The position numbers and the translations under genes were made by a program. Below the pieces are notes generated by a model. The model saw nothing but the letters and a program-made list of their open reading frames with translations, was not told where the DNA came from and did not search any database. A stretch of DNA of 64,000 nt from Plasmodiophora brassicae (taxonomy: Eukaryota), in the NCBI GenBank assembly GCA_036867785.1, contig CP145409.1, forward strand, positions 1,178,001 through 1,242,000, given 5' to 3'. Shown piece by piece: positions 1 through 9,025 of the stretch (the first letter of the stretch is position 1; every line of letters starts with the position of its first letter).

Positions 1-264
1 GGGCTGGGGCTGGCGCTGGGCGTCGTTCCTGCGGTCGCGCTGCTGGGCATGTCCGACCCTCCGCCTCCGGGTCACGGCATTTTTCGAATAACTGCGCCCG
101 AAGACACGCGGCGACTCGTCCGCGCCTGGAACGGGGGACCGGGGGGCCGACACCCTACTTAACGGCTCCGCGTTCTTCGGGCGATGCGGTTTGCGCCGTT
201 GCGGCGGCAACCGGCACTGCGCTGACGGCGTCCTGGACGGGATCGTGTCGTTTCCTGGCGACGG

Positions 265-1560
265 ATGCGGGTGGTCGTTGCAGCGAACGCGCTGAAGGAG
301 TGCCTGTCGGCGGGGCGGGCCTGCGAGGCGATCGCGTCCGGGTGCGAGCGCGCCGGCGCGGAAACGATCAGGGTGCCGCTGGCGGACGGCGGCGACGGGT
401 CGGGCGAGATCCTGCACGGCGCCGTCGGCGGCGAATGGAGATCCGTCGATGTGCACGGGCCGACCGGCCGGATCGTGCCAGCCCGGTACGTTTGGGATGA
501 GCGGACCCGGACGGCGCTGATCGAGATGGCGAGGGCGAGCGGGCTGGCGCTGCTCACTGATGATGAAAAGGACCCGATGCAAACGTCGACGACCGGCGTC
601 GGGGAATTGCTGCTTGACGCCGCCTCGCTGTCCCCCGAGTCGATCATCGTCTGCGTCGGCGGGTCGGCGACCAACGACGGCGGTGCCGGGATGGCACACG
701 CTCTCGGTTACAGATTCGTCGGCGACAATGGCGAAGACGTGACCCCAACGGGAGGCGCGCTCCGCAACGTCCGCGAATGTGTCGCGCCTGTCGATCGTTC
801 CGCGATCGATGCGATCCGGCGCGCGAACGTGACGGTCGCCGTCGACACCGACGCGACCTTGGTTGGTCCCCGCGGGGCGACGGCCATGTTTGCCCGCCAG
901 AAAGGTATTCCATTGCGGCGCGCGCCTGGGGCGACCTGTCTCGTGTGTCTCGCGCTGACCGTTGCGCAGGCGCAAAGCAGGGCGACGTGGAGGCGCTCGA
1001 GCGTGGCCTCGGCCGGTTAGCGTCGATCTGGAAGGGATCGGCAGAGTTCGGCCACGCCGATCTCTTGCAAGTGGCCGGTGCGGGTGCGGCTGGGGGCCTG
1101 GCCGCCGGCCTCATGGCCTATTGTGGCGGGCGGCTGCGTGGCGGGTTCGAGCTGATCGCGTCGCACGTCGGCCTCGACGATGCGGTTCGTCGGGCCGACC
1201 TGGTCATCACGGCGGAGGGCATGGTCGATTGTACCGCCGGAAAGGTTCGCCCCCCCGTGTCGCGTGATGTATTACCACACGCGGTTGACGACGCCGACGA
1301 CGTGCCAGGTCCCTTGGGAAGTTGCCCGGGTCTGCGCTGGCCACAACGTTCCTTGCGCGATGCTGACGGGGTCGCTGCCCCCCGGCCCCGTCCTCGCTCG
1401 CCTGGAACGTGCGGCAACGGCGGGTGTCTTTTCCATTGCACCTGGGCCGATATCGCTCCAAGAGTCCAAGGAACGCGCCGAGGCCCTGCTGTCAACAACG
1501 GCCGCGCAGGTGGTGCGATGCTTCCGAAGCGGAATGAATCGCCGTTCTGCATTGCCATAG
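265..1560 (+). CDS. Glycerate kinase, class I (GlxK/GarK-like); exons 265-904, 970-1244, 1309-1560
   Basis: Motifs PLADGGDG, IEMARASGL, GGSATNDGGAGM, GAGAAGGL, ITAEG, GKVP. GT-AG introns 905-969 and 1245-1308 join the three ORFs in frame. Confidence 0.9.
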
Positions 1561-1756
1561 CCCTTGTTACGGACCGGGGTAGCGGGGGGGACTGACCAGA
1601 AACGCTCGGCCAGTAGCGTTGTCAGTGACGAGCGTTGTCGCCTCGCCCCATACACAATGACTGCTAGCCATGGCAACGCGCCCCGGTTCTGCTTGTGACG
1701 CGCATCGCGACAGATTCGCTGGGCGACATATCGGAGCGGCGGCGGAAGCAGCTGAG

Positions 1757-1906
1757 CACGTGACTGGGGGAGGGAGGCAACGTATCGTAGCCCTGGTCAC
1801 GTGGGCTCGGTGTTCGCTATGTGACTGCTAACGACCCGTTGGCAGCTCGGTACGGCGACAAACTACGAACAACACCAACGCGAGAGCGGGCGCCGTTGTG
1901 CACGTG
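1757..1906. promoter_or_regulatory. Three CACGTG E-boxes upstream of the bHLH gene
   Basis: CACGTG at 1757-1762, 1798-1803 and 1901-1906. Confidence 0.4.
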
Positions 1907-1947
1907 CGCGCTAGGGAAGCGGTTGGAGCCCCCGTCCCGTGCGCGTT

Positions 1948-2430
1948 ATGCCCCTGTCGGAACACCTGGAGCCGTATTTCGACGGCGAGATGATTGCCCT
2001 ACACGCCGCATTCGACGACAGCGCTCAGTTCCGGGACCTGGCCATCTCCATCTCCGGCGTCTCCCCGGAAGGGCTCCCGTCCTGGACGTCGTCGTCCGAC
2101 GCACAAGACAAGCAGCGTCCTAGGGCGACTCCACCGGCCACTAAACCCGCGTCGACAACCACTACGGGCACACGTCCTCCGCCGGACGGGGCGCTTCCAG
2201 AGAAGACGACCCCAAGGACGGTCTCGAAACAGCCGCCGCCGAATTCACCGGCCAGCTCGACGTCACCACCAAGCACGCGCCGAGAGAAGCACAATGCCCT
2301 GGAGAATCGGCGTCGTGGAGTGAAGCGGCAGATCTTCGACGAGCTCAAGTTCCTGCTGGAAGGCCCGACGCAGCAGATACCCATCCTTCGGAAATGCCTG
2401 CGAGTCGTCAAGCTCGCCAAGACAAAGTGA
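1948..2430 (+). CDS. bHLH transcription factor (Myc/Max/USF-like basic region), truncated at the C-terminus by the LTR element
   Basis: RREKHNALENRRR...IFDELKFLL...ILRKC basic helix-loop-helix. The stop TGA is the first 3 nt of the LTR, and the frame resumes at 7559. Confidence 0.8.
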   Translation: MPLSEHLEPYFDGEMIALHAAFDDSAQFRDLAISISGVSPEGLPSWTSSSDAQDKQRPRATPPATKPASTTTTGTRPPPDGALPEKTTPRTVSKQPPPNSPASSTSPPSTRREKHNALENRRRGVKRQIFDELKFLLEGPTQQIPILRKCLRVVKLAKTK

Positions 2431-2607
2431 TTCATAATGGGAAGGCTAGCGACAGTGGCCGACCCATGAGTCACGACGACGTGACGCAACTGGTGCACAG
2501 TGGCGACCGTGCCACTGTGTGTGCGACGTCATGGGGACGTCGGCTTCCCCCACGTTAGATACACTGGGGACTTTCACTTTCCTAAGCGCTTCGAACTGCT
2601 TGAATCA
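2428..2607 (+). repeat. 5' LTR (180 bp)
   Basis: TGATTCA...TGAATCA 7-bp terminal inverted repeat; identical by eye to 7374-7553. Confidence 0.97.
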
Positions 2608-2627
2608 GATTAAGAGTCCCACTCTCT
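2608..2627 (+). other. Primer-binding site complementary to the anticodon arm of tRNA-Lys(CUU)
   Basis: GATTAAGAGTCCCA directly follows the LTR. Its reverse complement TGGGACTCTTAATC matches the tRNA-Lys CTT anticodon stem-loop. Confidence 0.8.
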
Positions 2628-2628
2628 G

Positions 2629-4098
2629 ATGGCGACGATCCCAAGCATCCCAGCCGACCTGGCCCAAGCAGAGGCCGTGATCGCCCAGATAAGCGCTGCG
2701 CTGTCCGAGGCCCAGCGGCAGCAGGATCGGCTGGAGGCGGAGGTTGAACGTCTGCAAGCAGCGGCGGCCGGGAGCGGGACCGGCCAGCGCGAGAACGCGG
2801 CGCTCAAGGATCGTCTGGCGCGGCTGGAAGCTGCGCAGAAGGAAAGGCTGACGGGCCTGAAGGAGTCCGGCATCAAGATCTCCGTCCAGCTGAAGGGCAA
2901 GGACAATTACCTGGTCTGGGCGTCGTCGATGACGACGATGCTCAAGAAGTCGGGCCTGCAAAAGGCCGTGGAGCCCGCGACGCGCGGGCACAACGAAGAG
3001 CCGGCGTCGGAGCAAGAGAGGCTCCACGCAATGTACGCTATCAAGAAGAACGTGCATGAAGACGAACTTCCCTTGATACTCGACATACCCGACGACCGTC
3101 CGGACCTGGCGTGGAGCGCCATCCAGACGGAGTATTCCGGCCAAACGGGCACGGACCTGGCGATGTTCGACATTCTTCTGTCAACAACAAAGCTTAAGGC
3201 GGGCGCCGACCTCACGGAGACCAAGGCGCACCTGACGGCGATGCGCGACCTGGGCATCAACCTGGCCCGGGCGGATCCGAATCGGACGAAGACTGAGTCG
3301 GACATGGCGACGAAGGTCCTTATCTCGCTGCCATACACCGAGTACAAGGACTTAGTCAACGCGATGCTGCGCGGTCCCATCGGAGAGCTGACGCAAAGCA
3401 AGGTCCGCGCAGAAGTGCTCGCTCAGTACAAGCGGGGAGCGATAGAGCGCGGCGACGACGACAGCGGCTCCTCGGCGGCCATGACGACGACGGGGTTCTC
3501 CGGCAAGTGCTTCAACTGTGGAAAGGCTGGACACAGGGCGGCCGACTGCCGTAGCCGCAAGAAGACCGGCAACGCCGAGCGCGGCAAGGCCAGGAACGGC
3601 AAGCGGAAGGGGGGCAAAGAGGAAGGCGGTTCGGCGTCGATCGCGCTCCTGACGAGCCTGGCGGGCGTCGAGGACGCGCCGCGGAAGGGCATCCGCGACT
3701 TCATCGTCGACAACGCGGCGACGTGCGGCCACGTGTCCACCCACAAGGCGCACTTCGAGGAGCTGGACTTCATCGCCGACAAGGACCGGCCGACGATCGG
3801 CGGCATCGGCCCGCAGCGAATCAAGGTCCATGCCAGGGGCAACGTCCGCCTCAAGCTGGCTAACGGCAAGTCGATCACGCTGACAAACGTCGCGTACGCG
3901 CCAGATGCATCCGCGAACATCTTCGCGGTGCGTTCGGCACTCCTGCAGCTCGGCAAGGACGGCAAGACGGGCGCGGAGCACCATGAGCAGACGCGCTCAG
4001 CCCGGCTCCTGGACGGGGCCGGAAGGACGATCGTGACCAGTACGGTCCGCAAGGGCCTGTACTACCTGGATCTGCACAAGGTCCAGGATTTCGAGTAG
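2629..4098 (+). CDS. gag: Copia Gag plus aspartic protease (ORF1)
   Basis: LKGKDNYLVWA gag N-terminus, CFNCGKAGHRAADC zinc knuckle, FIVDNAATCGH protease-like motif, LTNVAYAP and GLYYL. Confidence 0.93.
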   Translation: MATIPSIPADLAQAEAVIAQISAALSEAQRQQDRLEAEVERLQAAAAGSGTGQRENAALKDRLARLEAAQKERLTGLKESGIKISVQLKGKDNYLVWASSMTTMLKKSGLQKAVEPATRGHNEEPASEQERLHAMYAIKKNVHEDELPLILDIPDDRPDLAWSAIQTEYSGQTGTDLAMFDILLSTTKLKAGADLTETKAHLTAMRDLGINLARADPNRTKTESDMATKVLISLPYTEYKDLVNAMLRGPIGELTQSKVRAEVLAQYKRGAIERGDDDSGSSAAMTTTGFSGKCFNCGKAGHRAADCRSRKKTGNAERGKARNGKRKGGKEEGGSASIALLTSLAGVEDAPRKGIRDFIVDNAATCGHVSTHKAHFEELDFIADKDRPTIGGIGPQRIKVHARGNVRLKLANGKSITLTNVAYAPDASANIFAVRSALLQLGKDGKTGAEHHEQTRSARLLDGAGRTIVTSTVRKGLYYLDLHKVQDFE

Positions 4099-7000
4099 CG
4101 GGGGTGGCGCTGGCCGCCCCCGATCACGATCATCCAAACCAGCCAGAAAACAAGAGCCCGAGCAAGGAGGAGCCGGCCGAGAAGAAGGAAACGCGCAAGC
4201 CCGCGGACGTAAAGCGCGACAGAACGATATCATTGGCGGAGGCGCACGCGAGGTGCGGCCACCTGTCCACGATCACGATCAGAAAGGCAGTCAAGAACGG
4301 GGCAATCACCGGTCTCAACATCGACGAGGCCGACCTGGCGAGCGACGAGGTGCCCAGGTGCAAGGTGTGCATCGAGGCCAACCTCAACCGAACGGCGATC
4401 CCGCGGAGACGGACACGGACGGTGCTCTCGAAGCTGCAGATCGTCGGGGCGGACCTGCAGACGTTCGACACCAGGTCGCATGACGGAAAGACGTACATGG
4501 CGTGCTACGTTGACCACGCGACTGGTGTCGGTGCCACGGTCAACCTGGCAAATAAGGGTGACCAGGAGCAAGTCGTCATGGACGTGCTGACCCGGCTCGA
4601 GGTCATGGGCGGCACACGCGTCGACACGTTCCGCGCCGACCAGGGCGGCGAGTTCACCTCGACGCGCCTGGCGAAGCTGCTGCGCGAGCGGGGAATCGCA
4701 CAGGAGTTCAGCGACACGGACCGCCCGCACCAGAACGGTCTCGCGGAGACGTTCGGTGGCAAGATTGTCAAGATGATGCGCGCAGCTCGTGTCCAGTCAG
4801 GCGTCCCGCGCAAGTACTGGACCGAGAACGGGCGGCATCAGACGTGGGTAGCCAACCGCGTGCCGCTCCAACGACACGGCCACCGGACGACGCCAATCGA
4901 GGAACTGACGGGGGAACAAGCAGACCTGTCGAGGGCGATGCCATTCGGTTGCGAGGCGTGGGTCAGGATCCGGCGGCAAAAGAAGTGCAAGCTGGACGCC
5001 AGGGCCGAGCGCGCGGTCCACATGGGGGTGTGCATCGACAAGAAGGCGTACCGGCTGCTGCTGTGGCACAGCCGCAAGATGATCGAGTCTTCGGACGTGG
5101 TCTTCTTCCCCAACGAATTCCCGTTCAAGGATGACAGCGGCTCCCGCGGAGAGGAGACCCGCAAGCGCCAAGAGACGGCGCAAGCCCAGCTGCAAGGAGG
5201 CGGCGATGGCGGTCAAGACGATCGTCATGGGCAAGAAGACGACGGCGGTCGGGACGATCGCGTCGCACGACAAGACGACGGCGATCGAGAAGGTCGCGTC
5301 GGTCAACAACAGGGCGGCGGCCAGGATGGCCGCGCCATTCAGCGAGGCGGCGGCGGGGACGACCGTGCCAGGGAACTCGCAGGTGCCGGTGAAGACCGGC
5401 ATGACGGACGCGATGAGCAAGCAGCTCAGGGCGGCGGGGATCGAGGACCTGCTGCTCAAGGCGTCCCTGAACCGAGGCGGTCGACGCGCATCAGAGGAGC
5501 GCCCGCTCGGTTTGCCGACGTGGACTACGACGGCGAAGCGCGGCGCCAGAGGGCGGCCAGCGCCAGGGCGGCAGCAGGGGCTGCCGACAACGTCGACCAG
5601 GCGGCAGCAGCAGATGCTGTCGACCACGACAACGAGGCCAACGACGACCCGGACAACGAGGACCAGGTCAACCAGGACGAGGCGCTCGAGAACGAGGACA
5701 GCTACCTGGAGGAGGAGGACGCTGGCAACGCGTTCCTCACTGAGTACGAGGCCGAGAACGGGCCTGACCGGGACAAGTACCTGGCGGCGCAGGTCGAGGA
5801 GATGCAGTCGCTGAAGGAAGCGGGCACGTATGAGATCGTGGACCGCCCGACCGACGCTCAAGTGCTGCCAACAATGTTCGTGCACACGACGAAGCGCGAC
5901 GAGGACGGGGAGATCACGCGCCACAAGGCCCGCTTCTGCGTCAAGGGATGCTGCGACAAGTTCAAGGGCCAGAAGGAGACGTACTCGCCGACGCTCCGGT
6001 ATGCGACGTTGCGCATCATGGTGGCGCTGGCGGCCATGCTGGGCGTGGTCATCCACCAGCTGGACGTTAAGACGGCGTTCCTGAATGGAGACCTGCCGTA
6101 CCCGATCTACTGTGAACAGCCGAAGAACTTCGTGGTCGGAGGACGCGGCAAGGTGATGAAGCTCCTGAAGGCGCTGTACGGCCTGGTCGAGGCGCCGAAG
6201 CTCTGGTACGATAAGCTCGTATCAGTTCTGTTCGAAATCGGCTTCACAAGGGTGACCGGCGACCCGTGCCTGTTCGTTATGTTCACGACGAAGGACGGCC
6301 GCAGACAGATCACGATCCTCGGGGTGTTCGTGGACGACTTTATGATGTTTGGCACGGATCCCGACGTCATCGAGTACGTCAAGGCAGCGTTGGGCAAGAA
6401 GTTCAAGATGAAGGACCTCGGCATCGCGAGATGGATCCTGGGGATGCGCATCAAGCAGGAGGCAACGCGCATCACGATCGACCAACAGCAGTACGCCAAG
6501 GAGGTGGTCGCGCGGTTCCAGACCGACATCGACGAGGCAGCCGCCGGGCGCCGCTTGCGCGCGCCGGCCACGGCTCTGCCTGTCGGGCAGATTATGCCCC
6601 GGCGAACCGACGGTGTTCCGCACCAGCATGAGCGGTACCGCGAGGGCGTTGGTTGCCTGGCGCATCTGTCGATCGGCACGATGCCGACAATCACGCACGC
6701 GGTGTCGCAGCTGTCGCGTCACCTGAACAACCCGGGTCGGGAGCATTTCGAGGCGATGCTCCACGTGCTGCGATATGTCCAGAACAACACGGATGTCGGC
6801 ATCATCTACGCGAAGAGCAAGACACCGGCGACTGAATTCGACCCGATGGCACTGAACAAAGACAACGTGAAGGAGTCGGAGCCCCGGGCGGCGGTCGACT
6901 CGGACTTTGCGATGGACCCGGACACATCCAAGTCGGTCACGGGATTCATCGTCACGCTGATGGACGCAGCTGTGAGCTGGCGATCGAAGCAGCAAAGCCT

Positions 7001-7367
7001 GGTGGCGACCTCCTCAGCGCACGCGGAGTACGTGGCGGCCAGCGAGCTGGCGCGTGAAGTAGTGTGGGTCCGGATGCTCCTCACCGACATCGGGTTCACT
7101 CTGACGGACCCGTCGATTGTGCTGGAGGACAACACGGCTGCCGAGCAGATGGTGAAGACGCTCGGGGTCACGGACCGGAACAAGCACATTCGGGTGAAAT
7201 GGCACTATGTGCGAGAGTGCGTCCAGGAGGGACTGCTCCGGTTCGAGCGCGTGGCGTCAAAGAACAATCCGGCGGACGCGCTCACCAAGCCGACCACTCG
7301 TGAACCTGTGGAGGTCATGAAGAGGGCGGCCGGGATGGGTCGGGTGGACCTGTCGCTGGCGCCTTAG
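4086..7367 (+). CDS. pol: Copia integrase-RT-RNase H (ORF2, -1 frame, probably reached by frameshift)
   Basis: HARCGH/CKVC zinc motif, DQGGEF and QNGLAE integrase core, QLDVKTAFLNG, KALYGL, FVDD, RNase H DSDFA/EDN/ADALTK. No ATG near the start; the frame is open from 3987. Confidence 0.93.
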   Translation, partial: GFRVAGVALAAPDHDHPNQPENKSPSKEEPAEKKETRKPADVKRDRTISLAEAHARCGHLSTITIRKAVKNGAITGLNIDEADLASDEVPRCKVCIEANLNRTAIPRRRTRTVLSKLQIVGADLQTFDTRSHDGKTYMACYVDHATGVGATVNLANKGDQEQVVMDVLTRLEVMGGTRVDTFRADQGGEFTSTRLAKLLRERGIAQEFSDTDRPHQNGLAETFGGKIVKMMRAARVQSGVPRKYWTENGRHQTWVANRVPLQRHGHRTTPIEELTGEQADLSRAMPFGCEAWVRIRRQKKCKLDARAERAVHMGVCIDKKAYRLLLWHSRKMIESSDVVFFPNEFPFKDDSGSRGEETRKRQETAQAQLQGGGDGGQDDRHGQEDDGGRDDRVARQDDGDREGRVGQQQGGGQDGRAIQRGGGGDDRARELAGAGEDRHDGRDEQAAQGGGDRGPAAQGVPEPRRSTRIRGAPARFADVDYDGEARRQRAASARAAAGAADNVDQAAAADAVDHDNEANDDPDNEDQVNQDEALENEDSYLEEEDAGNAFLTEYEAENGPDRDKYLAAQVEEMQSLKEAGTYEIVDRPTDAQVLPTMFVHTTKRDEDGEITRHKARFCVKGCCDKFKGQKETYSPTLRYATLRIMVALAAMLGVVIHQLDVKTAFLNGDLPYPIYCEQPKNFVVGGRGKVMKLLKALYGLVEAPKLWYDKLVSVLFEIGFTRVTGDPCLFVMFTTKDGRRQITILGVFVDDFMMFGTDPDVIEYVKAALGKKFKMKDLGIARWILGMRIKQEATRITIDQQQYAKEVVARFQTDIDEAAAGRRLRAPATALPVGQIMPRRTDGVPHQHERYREGVGCLAHLSIGTMPTITHAVSQLSRHLNNPGREHFEAMLHVLRYVQNNTDVGIIYAKSKTPATEFDPMALNKDNVKESEPRAAVDSDFAMDPDTSKSVTGFIVTLMDAAVSWRSKQQSLVATSSAHAEYVAASELAREVVWVRMLLTDIGFTLTDPSIVLEDNTAAEQMVKTLGVTDRNKHIRVKWHYVRECVQEGLLRFERVASKNNPADALTKPTTREPVEVMKRAAGMGRVDLSLAP

Positions 7368-7373
7368 GGCGGC

Positions 7374-7553
7374 TGATTCATAATGGGAAGGCTAGCGACA
7401 GTGGCCGACCCATGAGTCACGACGACGTGACGCAACTGGTGCACAGTGGCGACCGTGCCACTGTGTGTGCGACGTCATGGGGACGTCGGCTTCCCCCACG
7501 TTAGATACACTGGGGACTTTCACTTTCCTAAGCGCTTCGAACTGCTTGAATCA
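7374..7553 (+). repeat. 3' LTR (180 bp)
   Basis: Direct copy of 2428-2607, followed by TSD CAAAG. Confidence 0.97.
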
Positions 7554-7558
7554 CAAAG

Positions 7559-7648
7559 TGGCCCGACATCATGACCAGAATCGACGGCGAGAGCGATGCA
7601 GGCGACGATAGCAGCGATGGGGAGCGCACCAGTCCATCCCTACCCTAA
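7559..7648 (+). pseudogene. Detached 3' end of the bHLH gene (29 aa, WPDIMTRIDGESDAGDDSSDGERTSPSLP*)
   Basis: In frame with ...KLAKTK once the element and one TSD copy are removed. Confidence 0.8.
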
Positions 7649-7786
7649 CTATATATACACGGAGATGCCCTATTATTCCCGACCTGTATGGAAGAATTCA
7701 TCTGTGGCACCGCGTTCAGCATGTGACAGTGGCCGTCACGTGGCGCGTGCCATTCGAGGAGTATCGCTGGCGCTGGTTGCCGTATC

Positions 7787-8940
7787 ATGGCGCCACCCAA
7801 GGGCAAGGGGAAGGGCCGTAAGGCAGGGCCACAGGAGGAGTACAATGGGTTCTGCGCGCCGGTCTCGCTACTGTACGACACGTTCAAATCGAACGTGGCG
7901 GCATCGGGCGGCCGCGTCCTGCCGGAACAGGCCGCCCCTGTCCTGGCCATGCTCCAGAAGGAACCCGACGATAAGCTCACGCAGATCAACATCGGGGACC
8001 CGATCGGGCCCGCCTGCGTCGAGCAACTGTGCCGAACCGTCCAGCAGATCTACTTCCTCGGCATCCGATCCGTCTGCTTCTGGAACGCCCAGCTAGGAGG
8101 TCAGTTCGACTCCAGCGGGCCGTTCACCTTCGCGTTCGTTAACCCCACCAGGCAGACGCCGGCTGCGCCCACGTTTGCCGTGCTATTGTGTACATGGAAG
8201 CCTTGCACAAGTTCGAGATCACTGACAGCGGCATGGGCGTCATGGCTGCCACTGCCCTCGTCCGTCACCGCCCCAATCACAGGCCTGATCATGACCGCGC
8301 GTCTGACTGAACATTGCAGGCGGACTCGCTGAGGACGTACAGAAACAAGCACCTGCGAATCATTAACGTCAGCAGGAATGCCGATCTAGGTGACGCGGGC
8401 GTTGAAGCCCTTCTGAGAGGGGTGCGGCTTCGTAAGGGGATCCACGAGCTGGACGTGTCGTTCTGCGCGCTGACGCCCCAATCCGGCCCGTATTTCGCCG
8501 ACCTGCTACGGTCGGCATACACGAGGATTCAGGCGATCAACCTCGAGGGGAACAACCTGCTGTCGACGGGCACGCTGGAGCTATGCCGGGGGCTGATCGG
8601 CAACCCCACGATCGAGTTCGTCAACTTGGCGAACAACAGCTTCGATGTCGAGAACCAGGACGCGATCCAGGCGCTGTGCGAGGTCATGCAGCACACGCCG
8701 TCGCTGGCCGAGATCGACCTTGACGGTAACCTGCTGAACGACGACAGTTCCGCCCTGCTGCTGGACGCGATCAAGAAGGCGCCACACGTGTCCAAGCTCG
8801 TCATCAGCCACCTGGTCCCGTTGAAATCAGCCCAGCTGATCCTCGACGAGCTCGGCAAGCGGAAACCCGGCCGTAAAGGGAAGAAGGCGGCCGGCGGCGC
8901 GAAGAAGGGCAAGAAAGGCGGCAAGAAGAAGAAGAAATAG
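7787..8940 (+). CDS. RNI-like leucine-rich repeat protein with Lys-rich termini; 2 introns
   Basis: LxxLxLxxNxL repeats (INLEGNNL, VNLANNSF, IDLDGNLL), GKKKKK tail; introns about 8100-8155 and 8260-8319. Confidence 0.8.
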
Positions 8941-9025
8941 AACACGCTGGTCAGATTGTATTTCTACCGTGTCGACGACGTCGATCCCAGTCTTGGGCCA
9001 GGACGTCGGTAACGTCGCCCGTCGC

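Larger units (their letters stand above)
2428..7553 (+). mobile_element. Full-length Ty1/copia LTR retrotransposon
   Basis: Identical 180-bp LTRs with TG...CA ends, 5-bp TSD CAAAG (2423-2427 and 7554-7558), domain order gag-PR-IN-RT-RH. Confidence 0.98.

Noticed and set aside
4096-4106. Stop-codon readthrough or GTG reinitiation for pol
   Set aside because: ORF2 is in a different frame, so readthrough cannot reach it. The GTG at 4104 is buried in the hairpin, and a -1 slip explains the layout better.
5190-5470. Gly/Asp/Gln/Arg imperfect repeats in pol
   Set aside because: Ordinary low-complexity IN-RT linker.
4797-6995. Long antisense ORFs inside the retrotransposon
   Set aside because: Shadow ORFs caused by strong GC3 codon bias on the pol strand; no motifs.
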